From an uncultured Bacteroidales bacterium (GTDB lineage Bacteria; Bacteroidota; Bacteroidia; Bacteroidales; FEN-979): 64,000 nt of DNA. The DNA lies in NCBI GenBank assembly GCA_903945175.1, contig CAJAUM010000100.1:6709-70708 (forward strand). The letters are read 5' to 3'. The notes beneath the pieces are model-generated. The model ran no database searches, was not told the DNA's origin, and saw nothing but the letters and a program-made list of their open reading frames with translations. Position numbers and translations under genes: made by a program. Below, piece by piece: positions 46,605 to 55,800 of the stretch (positions are counted from its first letter, which is position 1; the number at the start of each line of letters is the position of its first letter).

Positions 46605-47680
46605 AAATAGAGGGCAAACGAAATATCTGGAAGGATTATCAGAAGGAGATTGCCGCTGACCGGTATTTCTACGTAAGAAGTTGTGTCAGGCAAAACTTTT
46701 TCCCGGGTTCCGAAAAAACCTTCCTCCGTATCATGAAGGAGGAACTTCACAAAGATCTCTTTGAAAACGCAGCCCACACGACCTGCTCAGGAATAGGCTA
46801 CCACAGCGACGTCGTACCCTTTGAAACAGCCATGACCATGGTGGCCAGGCAGTTTTCGATCATGACCGAATCGGGATATGAAAACTTTACCACCTCCTGC
46901 ATCACCTCCTTCGGACTCTACTCCGAAATCCTGGAGACCTGGCATCATTTTCCCGAAGTTGAGGAGCGCGTCAGACAGCACCTGCTCAAAGCCACTGGCC
47001 GAACTTTCAACAAACCGGTTAACCTTTCGCACGCCAGCGATGTGATCTTTAAATTCAGAAAAGAGATCGCTGCCAACGGCCAATATAAGCTGATCAACAA
47101 AAACACGGGAAAACCACTGCAGGTAGTAGAACACATCGGATGTCATTATTCGCGGATGTTCCCAGGAAAGGGCATCGGAGGAGCCGAATATCCGTACGTG
47201 CTGGTGGGGATGATCGAGGAATGGGGAGGTGAGGTGATCGACTACCCCGAACGTCGCCATTGCTGCGGGTTCGGATTCAGGCAATACCTGATCCAGGCCA
47301 ACCGGGGTTACTCCATTTCCAGCACCAAAAAGAAATTTGATTCCATGGCGCCCTACAAACCCGATTTCATCCTCACCAACTGCCCGGGATGCCCTATGTT
47401 CCTTGATCGATGGCAATATGCACTCAGCGAAATGGAGGGCATTACCTATGGCGAGAATGGCCACGGAATCCCTGTCTTGACGTATGAAGAGCTGGCTGGG
47501 ATGATCCTTGGCTATGATCCCTGGGATATCGGATTGCAGGTTCACCAGGTCCCTGTAGAGCCGCTGCTCGACAAAATCGGTATTCCCTATGATACCCCGC
47601 GAAAGTTTCTTACCATGGATGGAAAAATAATGGGGCAACCAAAAGCGCCCTCCAACCTAAAATTTTATCAGCATGAATAA
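46601..47680 (+). CDS. HdrB-like CCG-domain protein
   Basis: The C-terminal half has a canonical CCG domain (GCHYS..RHCCGFG..TNCPGCP). The N-terminal half has a degenerate version (SCVRQ..TTCSGIG..TSCITSFG). Confidence 0.78.
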   Translation: MKIEGKRNIWKDYQKEIAADRYFYVRSCVRQNFFPGSEKTFLRIMKEELHKDLFENAAHTTCSGIGYHSDVVPFETAMTMVARQFSIMTESGYENFTTSCITSFGLYSEILETWHHFPEVEERVRQHLLKATGRTFNKPVNLSHASDVIFKFRKEIAANGQYKLINKNTGKPLQVVEHIGCHYSRMFPGKGIGGAEYPYVLVGMIEEWGGEVIDYPERRHCCGFGFRQYLIQANRGYSISSTKKKFDSMAPYKPDFILTNCPGCPMFLDRWQYALSEMEGITYGENGHGIPVLTYEELAGMILGYDPWDIGLQVHQVPVEPLLDKIGIPYDTPRKFLTMDGKIMGQPKAPSNLKFYQHE

Positions 47681-48704
47681 CAAGGTGATCGTGATCGGAG
47701 GCGGGGTGGCAGGCATGACTGCCGCGGGCGCCCTTGCAGACCTTGGATTGGAGGTGCTGTTGCTTGAAAAAGATTCCCAAACAGGCGGTCATGTGAAAAA
47801 TTGGGATCGCCTCTTTCCCTCCCGTCGCCCGGGCAAAGAGGTGATGGATTTCGTTGGTAAAAGCATGGGCACCGGGGTTGAACAACGATGCAATGTCGTT
47901 GTAAACTCCATTGACCGCAGCAACGATGGATTCACCGTTCATATGGAAAACAGTGAGCCTGTGTCAGCGAAATGCCTTGTGATTGCCACCGGCTACGAGC
48001 TGTTCGATGCCCATAAAAAGGAGGAATACGGCTATGGCATTTACGACAATGTGATCACTTCGGCTGAGTTGGAGAATATCTTCAGGGAAGGAAAAAAGCT
48101 GACCACCCATGACGGGAAAACACCCCGGCGGATGGCCATCGTTCATTGTGTCGGTTCACGGGATGAAAAGGTGGGAAACCTGTATTGTTCCAAAGTTTGC
48201 TGTGTCACCGGCGTAAAGCAGGCCATCGAGATCAGGGAGATGCTCCCCGGATGTGAGGTAACTTCATTTTACATGGATCTGCGGATGTATGACCGCAATT
48301 TCGAGGAACTCTACTATGAAGCCCAGCAGAAATGGGGCGTTAACTTTATTCGCGGCCGGCTTTCGGAATGTGCCGAAAACCCTGACCATTCGCTGATTCT
48401 GAAAGCAGAAGATACCCTGACAGGACGGCCTTTGAAACTGACCGTCGATATGGTTGTTCTTCTGGTTGGGTTTGTACCCGGCGCTGAGACCCGCCGGATT
48501 GCGCAAATGGTTGGCCTGCAAGCGGGAGCGGATGGATTTTTATTGTCTGCTGATGAGCATGTGCAGGACAACAGCACTTCGGTGCCAGGCGTTTTTCTTG
48601 CCGGCGCCGTCAAAGGACCTGCCTGTATTGTAAACACCATCGCCGATGCACGAGCAACCGCATTACAGGTGAAAAAACATCTAACCAACCTGAAAACCAA
48701 ATAA
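47673..48704 (+). CDS. Short HdrA-like FAD-dependent oxidoreductase
   Basis: VIVIGGGVAGMTAAGALADLG..LLEK dinucleotide fold, plus HCVGSRDEKVGNLYCSKVCC, the Cys pattern of the HdrA [4Fe-4S] site. It is only 343 aa. Confidence 0.78.
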   Translation: MNNKVIVIGGGVAGMTAAGALADLGLEVLLLEKDSQTGGHVKNWDRLFPSRRPGKEVMDFVGKSMGTGVEQRCNVVVNSIDRSNDGFTVHMENSEPVSAKCLVIATGYELFDAHKKEEYGYGIYDNVITSAELENIFREGKKLTTHDGKTPRRMAIVHCVGSRDEKVGNLYCSKVCCVTGVKQAIEIREMLPGCEVTSFYMDLRMYDRNFEELYYEAQQKWGVNFIRGRLSECAENPDHSLILKAEDTLTGRPLKLTVDMVVLLVGFVPGAETRRIAQMVGLQAGADGFLLSADEHVQDNSTSVPGVFLAGAVKGPACIVNTIADARATALQVKKHLTNLKTK

Positions 48705-48713
48705 CCAGATAGA

Positions 48714-49046
48714 ATGATAAACTTCGGATATAAGCTAATGCGCGATGAATCGATCGACCTTGATCGGAACGACATGCGCATTGCCGAATACCTGAAGCTC
48801 AATGAACCATCCATCAAACTTTGCATCGGTTGCGGCAGTTGTACAGCTACCTGTTCAACAGGCCACTTTACCGATTTCAACATCCGCAGGGTACACACCT
48901 TTATCATGCGTGGCGAGATAAAACACGTCAAAAAGGAGATTCAACGTTGTATGTTTTGCGGCAAATGCCAGCTGGTTTGTCCACGGGGAGTCAACCTTCG
49001 CAATGTAATTTTAACCATTAACCGGGCCATCGAGCAAATAGGATGA
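48714..49046 (+). CDS. Small 2x[4Fe-4S] ferredoxin-like protein (second HdrC-like)
   Basis: CIGCGSCTATCS and CMFCGKCQLVCP motifs in 110 aa. Confidence 0.75.
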   Translation: MINFGYKLMRDESIDLDRNDMRIAEYLKLNEPSIKLCIGCGSCTATCSTGHFTDFNIRRVHTFIMRGEIKHVKKEIQRCMFCGKCQLVCPRGVNLRNVILTINRAIEQIG

Positions 49047-50959
49047 TCAATTTTAACCTTTTTGTCCTTCCGTTTTTCCTGGGGCTGATCTATGTGGTCA
49101 TTGCCATTGGAAAACACTGGTACCGTTGGATTAAAGCCCTGCCCGCGATCGACAAGGTAAAACTCATGAGTGGGATCCGACATCCGGGACAGGTATTATC
49201 GGCGCTCAAAGAGATTTTCCTTGAAGCGCTGATTCACCGGCGTATGTGGAAACGCAATCCGCTACTTGGTTATATGCACATGAGTTTCGCCTTGGGGTGG
49301 TTTCTACTCATTGTCCTTGGTAATATCGAAAGCCGGTTTTATAGCGGGGTCCACCTGAATGCCCCATACTACCCCATCTTTTTAAAATTCTTCATCCACG
49401 ACAAGCTGGTTCTCTTTTTCGAAATTTATTCTGTCCCCGGATTTTTTCGATTTCTGATGGACTTTTTGCTATTGTTTGTCTTAAGCGGCTTGGTGCTGGC
49501 CATCATCAAACGGCAAAAATCAAAGTGGTTTGGAATGAAACGGACAACAGATTTACAACTCACTGACATAGTTTCCCTGACCACACTTTGGATGATCTTT
49601 CCGATGAGGTTGCTTGCCGAAAGTTTTACGGCAGGATATTATGGCAGTGGGGGTGGATTTCTGACCCAGCCACTGGGTAATTTTTTGGTATGGCTCATGC
49701 CTTTTTCTGATGCGTTTGTAGCCTATACTTTGTGGTGGGGTTATTCACTGGTATTAGGGATATTTTTTATCACACTTCCCTTCTCCAGATATATGCATAT
49801 TCCTACGGAAGTATTGCTGATATTTTTCCGTCATTTTGGAATTCAACCCAAGAAATGGTACTCGAGTTTTTCGGATGTTGAAGTACAGGCCTGCTCACGA
49901 TGTGGCGTTTGCATCGATGTTTGCCAGCTCAACGAAGCCGGCATCCACGACTCACAGGCGGTCTATTTCATCCGCGGCGTCCGGGACAAGTATGTTCCTG
50001 AAGAAATTTCACGAAAATGCCTGGTCTGCGGCCGCTGTCAGGAATCCTGCCCCGTTGGAATCAATGCCGACTCACTCCGCCTGATCAAACGCAGGGAGCT
50101 TGTGTCGGGGCAACCATCCGATTTTTCATACCTTGTCCCGGAGAAGGGAGTCACCCCCGTTCAGGGAAGTGCACGCGCTCAGGGTGGGTCACTCACGCAG
50201 GATGTACCGGAGGTGGTCTATTTTGCTGGGTGTATGTCGCACCTTACGCCTACAATTATCCGGGCTATGAAGGGGATCATGAACCAGGCCGGCATATCAT
50301 ACATTCACCTGGATGAAAATCGCAGTGTTTGCTGTGGACGGCCGCTTATGATCGCCGGGAAAGACAGTCAGGCGCACGATTTAATTGAATACAACAAAAA
50401 GTTAATCCGCCTTACGCGGGCAAAATTACTGGTTACCTCCTTCCCGATCTGCTATCGCGTTTTCAGGGAGGAGTACAACCTTCCCATCCGGATCCAGCAT
50501 CATACACAATTCATCCTCGATCTTGTAAAAACAGGAAAAATTCCGTTGCAGGGTTATTTCAAAAAGGTAGCCTACCATGATCCCTGCGATCTGGGGCGTG
50601 GCTCCAGGGTTTATGAAGCGCCACGTGAACTGATTTCGAAAATTGCAGATCTTGTTCCGGTAACCCAGGAGGGCAACAATGCCATGTGTTGCGGAGGAAG
50701 CCTTGGAATCTTTGAAGCTTCGCAGCAGCAGCGCAATACCATGACCAGCGGGGCGCTCGACATGCTGCTACAAGGCCGGCCCGATGCGATCGTCACGGCT
50801 TGTCCGTTGTGCAAAAAGACATTTGAAAAGCAATCACCTGTTGATGTAAAGGATATTGCTGAATTGGTTTACGAAGCCCTGCCTAGAGCTGCTTACTACT
50901 CCGTTTCCGATCAATCTCATCCAGCAGTATCTTACGCAGGCGAATTGATTTCGGAGTAA
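49043..50959 (+). CDS. Fused membrane (NarI/DsrM/HdrE-like) + 2x[4Fe-4S] + double-CCG (HdrD/DsrK-like) protein
   Basis: About 270 N-terminal residues carry 5-6 hydrophobic helices and His-containing motifs (GYMHMSFALGW, PFSRYMHIP). These are followed by CSRCGVCIDVC and CLVCGRCQESCP, then the CCG motifs SVCCGRP and AMCCGGS..TACPLCK. Confidence 0.8.
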   Translation: MINFNLFVLPFFLGLIYVVIAIGKHWYRWIKALPAIDKVKLMSGIRHPGQVLSALKEIFLEALIHRRMWKRNPLLGYMHMSFALGWFLLIVLGNIESRFYSGVHLNAPYYPIFLKFFIHDKLVLFFEIYSVPGFFRFLMDFLLLFVLSGLVLAIIKRQKSKWFGMKRTTDLQLTDIVSLTTLWMIFPMRLLAESFTAGYYGSGGGFLTQPLGNFLVWLMPFSDAFVAYTLWWGYSLVLGIFFITLPFSRYMHIPTEVLLIFFRHFGIQPKKWYSSFSDVEVQACSRCGVCIDVCQLNEAGIHDSQAVYFIRGVRDKYVPEEISRKCLVCGRCQESCPVGINADSLRLIKRRELVSGQPSDFSYLVPEKGVTPVQGSARAQGGSLTQDVPEVVYFAGCMSHLTPTIIRAMKGIMNQAGISYIHLDENRSVCCGRPLMIAGKDSQAHDLIEYNKKLIRLTRAKLLVTSFPICYRVFREEYNLPIRIQHHTQFILDLVKTGKIPLQGYFKKVAYHDPCDLGRGSRVYEAPRELISKIADLVPVTQEGNNAMCCGGSLGIFEASQQQRNTMTSGALDMLLQGRPDAIVTACPLCKKTFEKQSPVDVKDIAELVYEALPRAAYYSVSDQSHPAVSYAGELISE

Positions 50960-52688
50960 CTTCCACATATTCATCTCCTTTGATATACTCCATGGCCTCT
51001 TCAAGGGAAAATTTCGTGGCCGGGTAGATCACCGCCTTGTCATCAGAACCCGATGCACGCACGTTGGAGAGCTTCTTGGTTTTGTTCACATTGATTACGA
51101 TATCGTCACTGCGCGTACTCTCTCCGATCACCTGACCATTGTAAACATCCTCAAATGGTTCAATGAAAAACTTGCCGCGGTCCTGTAATTTATCGATGGC
51201 ATAGGTAATCGCCAACCCTGTGTACATCGATATAAGCGAGCCATTGTTCCGTCCGGGCAGATCGCCTTTCCAAGGTTGATACGCTTTAAACCGATGTGCC
51301 ATCACCGCTTCACCCTCCGTTGCCGTGAGTACCGGGTTTCGAAGACCGATTAACCCGCGGGCCGGGATGTCAAATTCAAGGATCACACGCTCACGTTTAT
51401 GCTCCATGTGCGTCATGTCGCCCTTGCGGCGACTGACCAGTTCAATCACTTTGCCTGCAAAGGCTTCAGGGACCTGTACCTTCAGCAATTCAACAGGCTC
51501 ACATTTTTGCCCGTCAATCTCTTTCGTAAGAATCTGTGGTTGCCCCAGTTGAAACTCATACCCTTCGCGACGCATGGTCTCAACAAGAATGGCCAGATGA
51601 AGGATGCCCCGGCCAAATACCTGGAAACGGTCGGGCGAATCCATCTCCTCCACCTTAAGGGCCAGGTTTTTCTCTGTCTCTTTGAAAAGCCGCTCGCGGA
51701 TGTGGCGGGAGGTGACAAAGGTTCCCTCCTTGCCTGCGAATGGCGAATTATTGATGGTAAAGAGCATGCTCATGGTGGGTTCATCCACACTGATGGGCGA
51801 CATGCCCTCCGGATTTTCAAAATCGGCAATGGTATCGCCAATGTCGAAATTCTCGGGGCCGAGGATGGCGCAAATCTCACCGGCAAACACCTCGTATTTG
51901 ACCTTTTCCTTGCTGAGTCCTTCGAAGAGGTACAACTCCTTCACGACTGATTTTATCACCGTCCGGTCATTTTTAACCAGGCAGATCGGCATGCCAGCCT
52001 TGACAGAGCCGCGGGTAATACGCCCTACCGCAATCCTGCCGACATAGGAGGAGTAATCGAGCGAACTGATCTGCATCTGCAGGGTTCCCGGCAACTGCTG
52101 CGGTGCGGGAATATGCTCGATGATCTGATCGAGCAGGTAGCTGACATCCGTTGTCTCATTTCGCCAGTCGCCCGACATCCATCCCTGCTTCGATGAACCA
52201 TATACGGTCGGAAAGTTCAGCTGGTCTTCACTGGCATCGAGGCTGAACATCAGGTCGAACATCGCCTCATGCACCTCATCGGGCGAACAGTTCGGTTTAT
52301 CCACCTTGTTTATCACAACAATCGGCTTCTTTCCAAGTTCCAGCGCCTTTTGCAACACGAAACGCGTCTGCGGCATGGGGCCTTCAAAAGCATCAACCAG
52401 GATCAGCACTCCATCGGCCATGTTGAGCACGCGCTCAACCTCACCGCCAAAGTCGCTGTGGCCGGGGGTATCAATGATGTTGATTTTTATTCCTTTATAC
52501 CTGACGGAAACATTCTTTGACAAAATGGTAATCCCTCGTTCGCGCTCCAGGTCGTTTGAATCGAGGATCAAATCCCCGACATCCTGGTTGTCACGAAACA
52601 TGTGAACCTGGTGTAAAATCCGATCAACCAGGGTAGTTTTGCCGTGGTCAACGTGGGCAATAATAGCGATATTTCTGATTTCCTGCAT
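50883..52688 (-). CDS. typA: Translational GTPase TypA/BipA
   Basis: MQEIRNIAIIAHVDHGKTTL (G1), DTPGHSDF, NKVD and full-length BipA similarity (601 aa). The start was set to the ATG at 52688; the listed ORF is over-extended. Confidence 0.95.
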   Translation of the reverse strand: MQEIRNIAIIAHVDHGKTTLVDRILHQVHMFRDNQDVGDLILDSNDLERERGITILSKNVSVRYKGIKINIIDTPGHSDFGGEVERVLNMADGVLILVDAFEGPMPQTRFVLQKALELGKKPIVVINKVDKPNCSPDEVHEAMFDLMFSLDASEDQLNFPTVYGSSKQGWMSGDWRNETTDVSYLLDQIIEHIPAPQQLPGTLQMQISSLDYSSYVGRIAVGRITRGSVKAGMPICLVKNDRTVIKSVVKELYLFEGLSKEKVKYEVFAGEICAILGPENFDIGDTIADFENPEGMSPISVDEPTMSMLFTINNSPFAGKEGTFVTSRHIRERLFKETEKNLALKVEEMDSPDRFQVFGRGILHLAILVETMRREGYEFQLGQPQILTKEIDGQKCEPVELLKVQVPEAFAGKVIELVSRRKGDMTHMEHKRERVILEFDIPARGLIGLRNPVLTATEGEAVMAHRFKAYQPWKGDLPGRNNGSLISMYTGLAITYAIDKLQDRGKFFIEPFEDVYNGQVIGESTRSDDIVINVNKTKKLSNVRASGSDDKAVIYPATKFSLEEAMEYIKGDEYVEVTPKSIRLRKILLDEIDRKRSSKQL

Positions 52689-52723
52689 GTTAATAAATTG
52701 AATTGGCTTGTTGAAATAGTTTG

Positions 52724-52731
52724 CAAAGGTA
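52724..52731 (-). promoter_or_regulatory. Candidate -7 promoter box (TAnnTTTG)
   Basis: Minus-strand TACCTTTG, 36 nt upstream of the typA ATG. Confidence 0.45.
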
Positions 52732-52788
52732 CGGCAAAATTCAACGCGGAAAACATTCAGCGAAAACACTCTTCCCGTGAGGCAGGGT

Positions 52789-52829
52789 AAAAAAAAAGAG
52801 GCTGCCTCGTTCATGTGAGACAACCTCTT
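52789..52829 (-). terminator. Rho-independent terminator after the giant surface-protein gene
   Basis: Minus strand AAGAGGTTGTCTC-acatgaac-GAGGCAGCCTCTT forms a 13-bp stem (2 G-U pairs) followed by a T9 run. It begins about 20 nt after the stop at 52850. Confidence 0.8.
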
Positions 52830-52849
52830 TCTTACGCAACACCTGGTTG

Positions 52850-55800
52850 CTATTTGTTTACGAGCACCTTGCGGATGATCTTTAACTCACTGTTTGTGAA
52901 TACCACAGAATAGATACCGGAGGGTATGGGTCTGAGGTCGATGAGTTTTTCGACTTTTCCGCCGATCGTTTTCACATCCTTCAGCTCAAAGATTTTAGAG
53001 CCAAGCTGGTTGTAGATTGCGATGGTGAAGGTTGACTCGACAGGGTACTGGATGGAGGCGTTGAAGCGTCCTTCGTTTGGAACAGGATAAACAACAAAGG
53101 ATGCGGATGACGGGATCTCCTGCTGGCCGGTAATGACCACGTACAAAATGTTCGATTGAGGTGAAACGCATCCGTTGAGTGTTACCACGCAATAATAATT
53201 GCCGCTGAGTGTGGCAGTATAGGTCTGTTCTGTTGCACCCGCAATGAGGGCGCCGTTGAAGTACCATTGGTTGCCTGCAGGGGCGCTGCTGGTAAGTACA
53301 TCATTGTCTTCAGCAATCACAGGAGCGCCGGGTATCGCATTTACGACCACCGTGGTATTCGCTGAGGCCGAACAACCCAATGCATTGGTTGCAAGCAGGG
53401 TGTAAACCCCTGAGGCGGCAGTGGTCGCGTTGGCAATCACCGGATTCTGAACACCGGATGTAAACCCGGCCGGTCCGCTCCACGCATAGGAGGTCATACC
53501 GTCAGGAGCTCCCGTTAAGTTCAGGGTGGATCCGGCACAGAGTGGCCCGTTGTTCGTGGCGGTGGTAGCAGGTTTCGCATAGATGGTAACCGATGTGGAG
53601 GCAGAATTCTGACAGCCTGAAGTATTGGCTACAACCAGCACATACTGGCCGCTTGCGGCAGCCGTTACGTTGGCAATGGTCGGGTTTTGAACATTGGAGG
53701 TAAATCCGTTGGGGCCGCTCCATGAATAGCTGGTGGCGCCCGAAGGTTGTCCAAAGAGGTTCAGGGTTAACCCTTCACACATGGGTCCGTTGTTCGCTGC
53801 GGTAGGAGCCGGGAGGGCATTGATTACAACTGTTGTCCCGATTGATCCTGTACAGCCCAGCGCATTGGTGATGGTCAGCATATAAACGCCTGCATCAGCC
53901 GGAGTCACGTTGAACACAGTTGGATTTATCGTGTTTGAAGTAAATCCATTGGGTCCGCTCCATGCGTATGCGTTCATCCCTGCAGGGCCTCCAACGAGGA
54001 ACAGGGTTGAACCGGCGCAAAGTGGACCGTTGTTCGAAGCGGTGGGAACCGGGGCCGGGTTGATCAGAACCGTGGTAGAGGCCGCAGCTGAGAAGCAACC
54101 GTTTGCATTGGTCACGACCAGCGTGTAAGCGCCTGCGGCAGCCGGGGTGATGTTGGCAACAGCCGGACTCTGAACATTGGCGGTAAATCCATTGGGTCCC
54201 GTCCACGCATAGGTCGTCATGCCCGAAGGTGAGCCTGTTAAATTCAGGGTTGAACCTTCACACACAGGGCCGTTGTTCGCAGCCGTGGCAACAGGGTTCA
54301 CATTCACCATAACCGTGGTGGATGTACCTGCGGATATACAACCGTTTGCATTGGTTACGATCAGGGTGTAATCGCCTGCTGCGACCGTGGTTACGTTGGC
54401 TATGGATGGATTCTGAACGGCGGAGGTAAATCCGTTGGGTCCGGTCCATGCATAGGTGGTCATGGCTGCAGGTCCTCCCGTTAAGTTCAGGGTTGAACCC
54501 ACGCAAACCGGTCCGCTATTCGTAGCCGTGGCAACCGGGTTCACATTCACAACCGCCGTGGTGGTTGCGCCTGCCGAGATACAACCCGATGCATTGGTTA
54601 CGATCAGGGTGTAAACGCCTGCCGCTGCCGTGGTCACGCTAACAATGGATGGATTCTGCAAGGCGGATGTAAATCCGTTGGGGCCTGTCCATGCGTAAGC
54701 AGTCATGGCTGCAGGTCCTCCTGTTAAGTTCAGGGTGGAACCCACGCACACAGGTCCGCTGTTCGCTGCGGTGGCAACAGGATTCACATTCACCACAACC
54801 GTGGTGGATGTCCCTGCGGATATACAACCCGATGCATTGGTTACGATCAGGGTGTAATCGCCTGCCGCTGCCGTGGTCACGCTGACAATGGACGGGTTCT
54901 GAACAGCGGATGTAAATCCGTTGGGGCCTGTCCATGCATAGGTAGTCATGCCGGCAGGTCCGCCCGTTAAGTTCAGCGTTGAACCCACGCACACGGGTCC
55001 GCTGTTCGCTGCGGTGGAAACAGGGTTCACATTCACCACAACCGTGGTGGATGTCCCTGCGGATATACAACCCGATGCATTGGTTACGATCAGGGTGTAA
55101 TCGCCTGCCGCTGCGGTGGTCACGGTGGCAATGGACGGGTTCTGAACAGCGGAGGTAAATCCGTTGGGTCCTGTCCATGCATAGGTGGTCATCCCGGCCG
55201 GGCCCCCTGTTAAATTCAGGGTTGAACCCACGCATACGGGTCCGCTGTTTGCAGCCGTTGCAACCGGTAGCGTGTTAACTGTGATCGTCACCACATTGGT
55301 TGGCAATGGTCCTCCACAGGTACCTGTGGAATTTTGAATCTGCCTGAAATAGGTTGTAGCTGTCAGGGCGCCTGGTTGATAGGTAGCCCCGGTAGCAGTT
55401 GAAATATCCGTAAATGTTATATTATCGGGTGAACTCTGCCATTGATACGTTGGGGCTGTGCCATTGGGTGCAGTAGAGGTAAGCAATCCCGGGGCCAGGC
55501 CATAGCATACAGGCTGGCTTGACGCGATGGTCCCAACAGCTAAATCAGGATCAATGGTCACGACAAAGGCCGGAGATACCGTACCTTCACCGCAGGTGCT
55601 GGTTCCTTTAACCGTCATGTTGCCCGAAGCAGCCGAAGCAGCAAAGGATACAGTGATCGAGTTGGTGTTACCGCCACTTGTTATTGTTGCTCCGGTCGGT
55701 AAGGTCCATGTATATCCGGTAGCATCGGCAATCGCCGCAACCGTGTACACATGTCCTGTTGATGGTTTGCACACATTGGCAGGTCCACTGATGGTTCCGG

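Noticed and set aside
46787-47638. 283-aa minus-strand ORF inside the Hdr-like cluster.
   Set aside because: It is antisense to the HdrB-like gene, whose CCG motifs give strong coding evidence on the plus strand. The antisense product has no recognisable features.
48314-48931. 205-aa minus-strand ORF.
   Set aside because: It is antisense to the HdrA-like and small ferredoxin genes and shows no motifs.
45891-50959. Calling the cluster a sulfur-oxidising sHdr system.
   Set aside because: The gene order differs from sHdr. The last subunit is membrane-fused, and no lbpA, dsrE, tusA or lipoate-maturation genes are present in the window. It was kept as generic Hdr-like.
54639-55235. 198-aa minus-strand ORF rich in Cys/His/Arg. 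Similar ORFs occur at 53502, 53895 and 54258.
   Set aside because: These are alternative reading frames of the 243-nt tandem repeats within the giant gene. Their periodic similarity is a by-product of the DNA repeat.
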